A DNA stretch of 64,000 bases from Marsupella aquatica (taxonomy: Eukaryota > Plantae > Marchantiophyta), in contig OZ316896.1 of NCBI GenBank assembly GCA_973895155.1, positions 17,906,754-17,970,753 on the forward strand, in the 5' to 3' direction. Shown piece by piece: positions 1 to 9,500 of this stretch. The stretch's first letter is position 1; the number at the start of each line of letters is the position of its first letter. A program made the translations under genes and the position numbers. The notes below the pieces were generated by a model. That model made no database searches. It was not told the origin of the DNA and saw nothing but the letters and a program-made list of their open reading frames with translations.

Positions 1-1487
1 TCTCTCCCTATCGGTTATGGTGAGGGGATAGGAATCTTTGAAACTTTTTGTTGGCAGCTTTTTGTTCAGTAATTTTTGTTGGCACTTGTCTCAATGATTA
101 GGTTTTCTTGAAACTGCTCCACGTTAACATCTCCAAGGAATCAAGAGTCTACTTCAGAATCAGATTTTGTTCTTATCAATGCACATTCTAACCCAAGTGG
201 AGGTAAACAATGGATGCTCAGGATCTCCAAAGCACTCTAGGCTGCTGTGCATCGAAGATAGAGAAAAGGGGAATGAAGGCTGGCGATGGGAGATATAGTG
301 GAATGCAGCACAGGCCGTGGAATTGTTTTGCTGCCAAGTTTTGAGATCCGAACAAAAAGGAGAGGAAAGGGCTGCGCATGTTGCTTCAATTCAATGCCCA
401 AAAATCCTGCTTTGCCTTGATTTGTCAATGCATTCTCCCTGGTATGCAGTCCGGTACGTGCACCATCTGCAGAATATTTTTAAAATGTGGACACTCGTTT
501 CTTGATTGTATTTAGACCTGGAATGGCTTCTTTTATTTGGCAGAATGGATGCCAGGCTGCTGCAACTAGTCGTTGTGTGCAAGAAAAGAGGATGCATGAA
601 ATTACTTTCACATTGTAACTGGTCATGATTAATTTGAAGCTTTCAGTAGCTGGGAAATGTATCAAAAATGCAAAGGCATCTAGGCTGGATGAAAAATTTT
701 GTTTGGAAATATTCTAATTAATACTAGTTCACGGCCTCTTGAATGACAGATGCTGTGATGTAAATAATGTTCTTTGTACATTGCACTCAAAATGAGCGTC
801 TTTGTAGTTAATTTTGACCGTATGAATATTTGGGGTAGGATGAGACTAGGGTTAGTGCTGCTCATAGAGTTCGTCAAAAGGCCGTTGAATCATTTTTAAT
901 TTCTGTTTCAAAGTTCAATGGAGGACAGGAAGCACTGTTGACGATAGACTTTGTTGCACATGCATACTTCTAAGTGGAAATCTCTATAATTAGCAGGAGA
1001 AATGAAATGGCTTTCCTGCTTTAGTTGTTCTTTGCTCTTATTTTCCTACTTTCAAGAGGAGATGCTTCTGAATGTCTGGAGAGTGGAGAGAGATCTAGCC
1101 ACTTGCCTATGTTAGACAAACTTACAGTGCCAAGTCGCTCTTATCCTGGCTATTTCTACAGTAGTTGTTTTTTGTAGGTGGCTTTTGGTCTGATAGGACA
1201 AGATAGTTGGAACCCAACTGCCTTGCCTTCAGTTACAATTTTGGAAGTCATGATGTCATCTTTTGGCTTTGGGATCTTTCATTCTGAGCCTGCACAAAAT
1301 TATCTTACAAGTGTCGGTTGCGGTGAGGTGATAGGCTAGGAATCTTTGAAGCTTTTTGTTTGCAGCTATTTGTTCAGTGCCTTGTGTTGGCAGCTTTTTG
1401 TTTAGTATACAGGTATTTTTCTAATGTTATAATGTGCACTTTATTATGCATCATTCTCATGCGTGACAAAAATTTCCTATGTTGCAG

Positions 1488-2156
1488 GCTGATGCTAAGG
1501 ATGAGTACACAGACCCAGCCAGAATTCAAAATGTAATGAAAAATTATTCTCATTTCATTTCAATCCCAATCTACACCTATCAAGAAAATTCAAGGACAAA
1601 AGAGGTAACAAGAGCAGTGCCATATTGTGCTTGCGCTCTGTGTATCCTCCATGGGCTGCTACTCATCCTTGTACATGATTACTTGCTTGGATAGCTTGAA
1701 GATTAAGAATCGGCTTCTCCTGAAGGTGCCTCCAAGGAAGCTACTAAGGTAGGGTCTGAATGAATGTTTTGTCCCCATGGAATTTTACGTCCACATATGA
1801 TTGGATCAAATCATTTGTAATATGATTGTCATATTGTTCTACTTTTCTTTTGGAATTCTTACGAAAGAATGATGTGGCCTGTGCATAAGAAGACGAAGAA
1901 AGTCAGAGAAATATTGGGATTGGGAGCTGCTGACAAATGAGACAAAACACCTTTGGGTGAGTCAGTTTACTGTTCAAGATACCTGGTTTTACTAACTGTA
2001 CTGTTTGTTTGAGAATGTTTCATTCAGGCAGTAACCGAATATATTTGTTGACGTATTTTTAACAGTTCAGGTCAGAAAAGGATGTCACGAAGGCAGGACT
2101 CCAATGGGTTCTTCAAGAGTACATTTGGGGATTTCTTAGAAGCAATGGCTTATACT
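1488..2156 (+). pseudogene. HSP90: Organellar (plastid/mitochondrial-type) HSP90 pseudogene fragment, 4 exon remnants
   Basis: Remnants at 1488-1604 (ADAKDEYTDPARIQNVMKNYSHFISIPIYTYQENSRTKE), 1695-1748 (in-frame TAA at 1704), 1887-1956 (KKTKKVRE/YWDWELLTNETKHLW, frameshift, acceptor mutated to CAT) and 2066-~2156 (FRSEKDVTKA/DSNGFFKSTFGDFLEAMAYT, frameshift). These match the KNYSQF-x-x-FPIYTWQEK, YWDWEL-x-NETxPxW and EFLDPLA motifs of plant organellar HSP90s. Confidence 0.85.
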
Positions 2157-3289
2157 CCTGATATTTTTATATGCCCGGTATACTCAATATTGTTGTGGAT
2201 TGACAGTGATATCTTATATGAGTTGTAAATGGGGGCATTTATAAAATCGTTGGGGCCTGCCTAGCTTTTTGAACTTTCAAATATCAAATTCTTTCCCTAC
2301 TGTGATCAGCTGGCAGGTGCTCAGTGCTCTCCATCAGCACATCTGTGGGTGGAACCAGTGACGGTTCTTATCAAGAGGAGGGCCAAAATAATTCTTCAAG
2401 CCCGGGAAATGTTTGGAATAAGGCAAGGTTTAAGTCATGTGCTATTTAAGTGATACTTAAGTGATATACCGGTGCTGTTTTGTCCTTCTTCACCATTTGT
2501 ATCACTTGTACAAATTAAAATAAGTTCTATTTTCCTCTTAATACTTGTAGTTTTGATTCTCAAGTTGGCATGGCAAAGTTGGGATTAATTCTTGGAGAAT
2601 TACAGCAATTTGTCATGCAGGAGAAGAAATCTTTGAGAAGATAGTGCAACTGGTATGCTCCAATTGTTAAATTGAGCTCATTATATTCCTCTGCCCAGGT
2701 GAATAATGTTTCCAACAGAGCCTTTGCCTGGTGAATTCTCATTCTGGTTAATCAATTGAAGCCAGACTTCCTAACAATCATTTCACATAATACAGATTGA
2801 TGCAGATGATGTCTCACAACTCCCGTGTGTGATTACAGCACTACCATTGCATCAATTTTACATGCATCATGTCTTGCTATGATCAATTTCTGGTGAGCTG
2901 TGAAATCACTCCTAGAGCACATTTGACAAACTTCAAGGAGCAGAAGCTAGTTTGAGGCAAAAATAGGATTACTTAGATGGTCAGGATTTCCCTCATACTC
3001 TATTGATAGTGTGACCTGAAATGTAAAGTTATATGAGATAATCAAAACATTTGGATTCTTTCAATATGAGACCTAAGAGCTATCATTTGGTTATTGAGTT
3101 CTTTTTATTATGAATGTCATCTGAATGATGATTGTGTGAATTTCACTTCTTCTGTTATTGTTAGTGTTCCAGTCATTGTGATGTAAACAGGGATGTGAAG
3201 TGCTTGCATTTTTAATATCATTATTGACACGTTGTAGATTTCACTTTGAATACATTGAATGTGTACAATGTCTCTTTATGAAGTAACCC

Positions 3290-3849
3290 TAAAACTTGAA
3301 ATAGCTCCAATAACATGTGAAATGACATTACCTAATGGCAGTTCATATGACAATCCTAATTGACATGGCATATGATGTCTTAAATGACACCCTATGTGAC
3401 ACCCTTTATGACACCCCATATGACTGTCAACATGACTCCATAAATGACTACACGTGTCACACCATGTGCCCACAACGGTATTGGTTCAATATTATGTCAT
3501 TTATGACATGTCTTAAATGACTTATAATGATGACATTATGTAAGCTCACATATTTGCCACGTGTTGTAGTATCATTCATTCAGATGTGTGTCATTTGGAA
3601 TGTCATTAAAGACATGAATAAATGACTGACGGCCGTTCATTCAGTCATTTTGGACACCATGTCATTTCAGAAATTGTGTGTCATTTAGGACAACTATAAA
3701 TGACTGATGAGAATTTTAGTCATTTGTCTTAATTGACTGTCCTAAAAGACGAGGTAGGTATGACAGAAAAACTCTAGTCATAAAATGGTATATATGACTT
3801 CTTTGCCAGTCCTCATTACAGTCCTTAAAGACACTATTTTCCACTAGTG
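3290..3849. mobile_element. Right end of a CACTA (En/Spm) DNA transposon: TIR plus subterminal repeat field
   Basis: Ends ...TATTTTCCACTAGTG at 3849 (reverse complement CACTAGTGGAAAATA). It is preceded by about 550 bp densely packed with ATGAC/GTCAT motifs in both orientations. No left end is visible in the window. Confidence 0.7.
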
Positions 3850-5169
3850 ACGATCACTCAGCCAGATTAGAAACGATCACAGCAGCTCCACAAAAATTTT
3901 GCCAATGAAATTCTGGCCGAGTAAGCGACTCTATGGAAACACGCTGAATGTAAAACAGAGGTGAGACATTGCTTCAATCTGCTTCAAATTGAGTCTGGTT
4001 CAGATCGGATGAAAACTGCAAAGTACCAAAATTGTGTAAGTGAAGGAACGCTGATTGCTGATTGCTGTCGGTGGAACCCGCAATTCAGCAGGCGTGGAAG
4101 GATGGAGAGAGATGGGGCACGCACACACAGGCGTTGAAGGACAGAGAGAGATGGGCTGAAGTCGTCACTTGCAAACAAAAAATGCCTGCCTTTCACTCAC
4201 CCTGCGTCGGAGAGGAATGCGGAAAAGTTGCCGGGCCGAAGGACTGTTCACCTGGGATTACTGTGCATCCGGGCAGCAAAGAATGACTAGGCGGGCAGAC
4301 CAAGGGCCCTTTTATACTGGCACCTGTGGTTTAAACACTTGCACTGCTCAGGGTATTTTCATTCTTTCTATTTTTATACTCTTTTTTCTTTCCACACCTT
4401 ATTAGGCAAACCTGGAAACTACAGGTTTAACTTTTTTCAAAGAGACAAGGAGAAGACAAACCTGGAAACTGTAGGTTTAAGCTTCTTACAAACAGACAAG
4501 TCGAACGACCACGGTTCGAGGCCAAGTCAAACGACCTGACACGGGCTTACTGCTTTACAGAGCCCAAACGGGTCAGCGTGGTCGGAGCTGTTTGCAACTT
4601 AATTGATGAATCAGAATCTCTTGATTGATCAGAATCTCTTGATTGATTGTGTTGCACGTCGACCTTTGGTCCCTTCCTTTTTGTGGCCCCCCTTTTTGTA
4701 TGCTGGCTTTTTGAATGGAATTCATTTGACTTTTTCAAGGCAAACAAAAAGAATCTCTTGATTGAATCTCTCGTCAATTAGACAGCTTCGATTCAATCTC
4801 TGCCACCTAAATCACACAGCTTTTAATTAAATCTCTACCTCGTCAACACTCTCTTCAATTGATTTCTCATCCTAGTAAAATACTGCGTTTAACACACAAA
4901 AAAGGTCTGCCTACGACTCACCGTGCATACTTTCTTGCCGGTCAAGCAGAAGGACTTATTATCGTCACACGAGGACTGTAGTTTGTGGGTCCAGAGCATG
5001 GCAGGCTATCTCGTTGCCACCACACTGAAGATAATGAAACAATTGGAAACGACAAAGTATTGGGAAAGTTGGCCACGACCACATTCACGGTTTTGGATAG
5101 CTGCAGATCTGCAGAGCTTGGTCAGCTTCTGCAACCGCAGAGAGATTTTGTAGTACTAGACGGGTACTC

Positions 5170-5500
5170 ATTGGCAAGTAATCTTCTACGACAGGACATG
5201 ACTCTGTCTAGTCTTACCCGGAGAACTGGCAAGTCCCACTCGGATTGGGAAGTCTCACAACTGAAATAGCTGCGAGAGAGAACTGTCTGGTCTCTGGAGT
5301 ACGGTGACAATGTATCGACTCCTTCCTAGACTGTATATTGTTCAGTGGATCTAGACACGGGAGTTGCAGCACAGTAGAGCTGGAATAATTGTCGCGGAGC
5401 AGTGTACAGCTACATCCTGATTGCACGTGATCCTTGAATCCATCGGCTAGGGTACGATTTATATGGAGAGATACGTCCAGATAAATGTGCAATCTCGCAG
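5170..5500 (+). repeat. ~330-bp flanking direct-repeat element, upstream of HNL1
   Basis: GCAAGTAATCTT...AAATGTGCAATCTCGC block. Homologous copies at ~12512-12820, ~17063-17388 and ~23977-24272, with split partial copies at ~13082-13140 and ~13563-13650. Confidence 0.8.
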
Positions 5501-5914
5501 AGAGAGTTTGTAGCAGTGGACCTCCGCAAAATTCCGAAACAAAGTGCTGTGGATCGCCTCTTGTCTCCGTAGGTTGGAGCAGTATCATGTGTCACTGTGT
5601 TTCCTCTAAATTTTACTTGATGATGGGGACATCTGCCTACCAGAGTCACAGAACGGAGCCCATTCTGAGTAGATTGGCCCATCAACAACGGCCATCACGG
5701 GATCGACACCAACCGTGTTGATCTTGACGTTGATCTGCCGCGATTGAAGTTTTTGTGGACAAAGTGCTGGACCTTCTCGTCGCCGGATCTGGACGGATCG
5801 CAGGACTGATTGGGCTGGGAGCTTTTCCGAGTACGTCTGACGACGGGAGGTCGGGAGGGAGGTAGCTTAAACTAGTTGCATTCTTCTCTGTCGGTCTACC
5901 ACCCGGACAAATTC

Positions 5915-6437
5915 ATGAACATCAGGTGAGACTTTTGCACAGGAAAGAAGTTGCTGTCTTAAACATTATCTCAAACAAATACACTCAAATTTTGGAACTG
6001 TCATGGCGTGATATATTACGTTTAGTACAAAGCAAGCTATTGTTGTGGTATTTCTCACATTCGACTTGATCTCATCTAGTGAATGGTTTGCCGCCATCCG
6101 GCAACAAGTTTATGTTGTGCGATGACGTGTCTACATTAATGCATGGTGGTACTCATTCTCCCAATTGGCCTACGCGCGAGCGGGACTGCTGCAAACTGAT
6201 CACCTCAATTAGGTTAGGATCTTTCTAGAGGTAGTTCGGGGCTCCTCTTCTCGTTCATCCAAACATTGATTCAAAACTTCGGACGAAAGTAAGCAAGTTC
6301 TGTTTAAATCTGTGTCATTTGGTTCCTACTGCGAGTTGAAGTCTCTGCAAGCTGACGCAGAGTCTACGATTGGGTTTACATGGTCATCAGTTTCGTTCTT
6401 GCCACGATTAATATGTGGAATTGATGTTTGTAGGTAA
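5915..6437 (+). promoter_or_regulatory. 5'-UTR intron of HNL1 with an intron-spanning uORF (MNIR*) and an AG|GTAAG acceptor/donor site
   Basis: ATGAACATCAG|GTGAG (donor at 5926) joins to TTTGTAG|GTAAGC (acceptor at 6433), giving ATG AAC ATC AGG TAA. The same arrangement is at 17803-18325 in copy 2. Confidence 0.5.
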
Positions 6438-6500
6438 GCAGAGCCCGCCCACTATGGAGCAAAATCGACAAGTTCTCAGCAATTAATCTAAGCCATCGCT

Positions 6501-9500
6501 ATGGCTCAGCAGGCCTCCTCTGGTCGCAGCCAAACTGGAGAGCCCTCCCATCACACAATTACGCAGGTATCTTACGGCATTAACCGCGATCTTGACCTCT
6601 TTGGGAATTCCTGTTCAGTCTATTTGGTGGTACTTTCGACATATGTAACGTGAAGATATTTCTCAATGATGAGTATTCTGAGATTCATCTATATATGTAA
6701 GTTTTCTATTTGGTGTTGTATCCAATCTCAAGTCGTATACAGCTAATTTTTATGCCTACATTATGTCGGCGTGCTTGGGTTTTACAGCTTAATGAATCTC
6801 TCTTTGAACTTTACAAACCGAAAGGCCGTGCTAGCATGGTGGTCTTGTTTTTTCACGGCTTTCAGCATGGAAATTATGAAAATGCCCATTTGTCAACATG
6901 GACAACGGACGATGGACGAGAGGATGGATCATCCACATGGCTCCAGACTTGGTTGGTTGATGACGACCAGTACCCCGATGCTCACATCCTTTCTGTTGAG
7001 TATAATGCGAGCTTGATGAAAAGCAACCAAGAAGGAAGCTTTGACCTCTACGTCATAGGGGAAAATATTATTTCAGATTTGCTAGAGGCAAATATTGCGC
7101 AAGATCTCCACTGTCCGATAGTATTGGTAGGACACAGTTTTGGGGGCCTTGTAGTGAAGGAACTATGCGTTCAAGCACATAAGAGAGGCAGCATGGGTAG
7201 CTCCAAGCACAAAACCTTTCTGGAAAATATCAAGGGGGCATTTTTCTACTCCACCCCTCATCATGGGATTTCAGGAGAAATTTCCGAGTATTTTGTGAGC
7301 AAAACAAATGAACCCTTGTTGAAATATGTGAAAGTCCTGAGTACTTCTGCAGCAAGATTGCATGAAGATTTTGAAAAGCTACGAAAGCAGTGCGCTTGGC
7401 AGACGGCAGGAGTAGGAGAAGGTTTAGCTACCCATCTGGTACGGGGCATTCACTCTCAATCTTATGAAATGGAAATATATTGAAGATTTCTGACAGCTTC
7501 CAATTATTTCTAAAGCAAATCAATGATTAGATATTACTTATAGACGGTAAAACATTTTCTCGATTGTTGACTAATTTGTTTCAGTTCATTCCATAGAACT
7601 GATAGACATAGGCAATGCGCAGTAACAGTTTCTTTTCTATGGATACCACTAACTCATCTACGTAGCATATAAGGGAGTTGATCAAGAGTAATTTGTGTGA
7701 AGGATATTGTAGATGCTTCATTCATTGGATCGTCACTTGCTTGTTTGCTTGTATGTGCGCAGAGCACATTTAAAACAGCGGTAATTGTACCGGAGGGATC
7801 GTCAAGATACGGAGACACCTTTGTTATCGTGCCAGAGGCTGATCACATATCAATCTGTCGGCCAAAATCAAAAATCTCAAGAACATTCAAGTCCTTGTCC
7901 AGCTTCCTGCGTGGAGTTTCCATTACTTGGAAGGTACGTGAAGTCAAATTGTCTCTCATATTTTTGGTGTACTTAATACAAAAGGTAGTGCTATGTCGCT
8001 TTGTGTCCACCGGTGCTTATTTTAGATTTTCTTTGTATTCATTGTTGGATTACAGAGACCAGTCCGGCCTCAGAACCGTCAATCTTTACCCAAATCAACG
8101 ATTGGTATTGATAATGTCATGAAAGAACTGAAACACAAGCTTGAGACGGTCACTAGTTTGGGCTTGACGGGTATGGGAGGGATTGGAAAGACCACCATGG
8201 CCAAGGCGTTATTCAATGATATCGAGCATCTTTACGAGTACACCTGTTTCGTTGGGGAGGTGAAGAATTACAGTGAGCACGAGGTTGAGGGTATGGTTTT
8301 AAGGAACATGCATCATATGGGAAGGAGGTTCACAGAGAAGGATCGTGGGTTAGAGTTCTTGGAAGGGGAACAGTTACTGTTGGTTCTCGATGATGTGGCT
8401 TCGGAAAAACATATTACGCTACTGTCAACCTTGATTGGTGACATTGGTATCCATGAAGACAGTCGCTTTGTGGTAACATCCAGAGATAGGGAACTTCTAG
8501 ATCAATGCTTGCAGGCAGTGCACCCTATGCCGTTTCTAAGCCAAGGAGATGCGAGGAAACTTTTCTTGGCCCATGCTGTTAGGCAAGAAGCTTCTCCTTC
8601 CTTTGAGGAACTCTTAGACATTGTTGTGAAAAAGTGCAGTGGGCTGGCTTTGACTCTGGAAGTCATCGGGAAGCATCTGTATAAAAAACCTGTGGCGATT
8701 TGGATGGAAGCGATCTCTATACTGGACAGGGCAGATTCTGTCCGTGGATTTGATGAGAAGTTGTGGAGTAAGCTCCGGATAAGTTTTGATGGTTTGGATG
8801 TTGAGGAGAAACACATATTCCTTGATTGTGCGACAGTATTCCATAGGGAAGGTCTGCTTGTGGCAAAGGCTGCCTGGAGCATCACCACAAATGGGCTTGA
8901 GGAGACACTTTGGCAACATCTTCTTGACTTATCGTTGGTCTGGGAAGATACTCAGTTCGATGATAGTCTAACTTGCGGCATGCATGAGCAACTTTTGAGC
9001 CTTGGGAAGAAAATAGCATCAAATGAAGTGGAATATGGCCTCAGGATGTGGAATCAGCCTAGAAGGGCTTTCCTTTTGTTATCATCAGATAATTGCAGTG
9101 ACAATGATGTGAAGGTGAGTTTGAAGAGTATGGTCTTTATTTGAGAATTTCCATGCACTGCATCATCGAATTGCCCGGGTTTGTATGATGGCCATTATTG
9201 AATGCTGCATGCTGTAGACCAAGGAGGGTCTCCCATGCTGTTGAATTTTCTCAAGACGTCACTGATATTGAGGAATATTCCACTTTGACATGGACAGGGC
9301 CACATGTACAAATTGGGTTTTGAAACTAAGAATGACTTGTGAGTTGAGATTTGTAGGCCATTGCTGCTATCAATGTGGATGGACGAGAACAAGGACATTT
9401 AACTGATGACGAGGTTTGTTGGTGGCATTTTGAAAAAGTTAATTTAGTCTGTGGAAAAGTTATAAGACAAGACTTCTCTAAATAAATATTTAGAACTAAT

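Noticed and set aside
1488-2156. HSP90 as a functional partner clustered with the NLRs
   Set aside because: It is a disrupted organellar-type fragment, whereas NLR chaperoning uses cytosolic HSP90.
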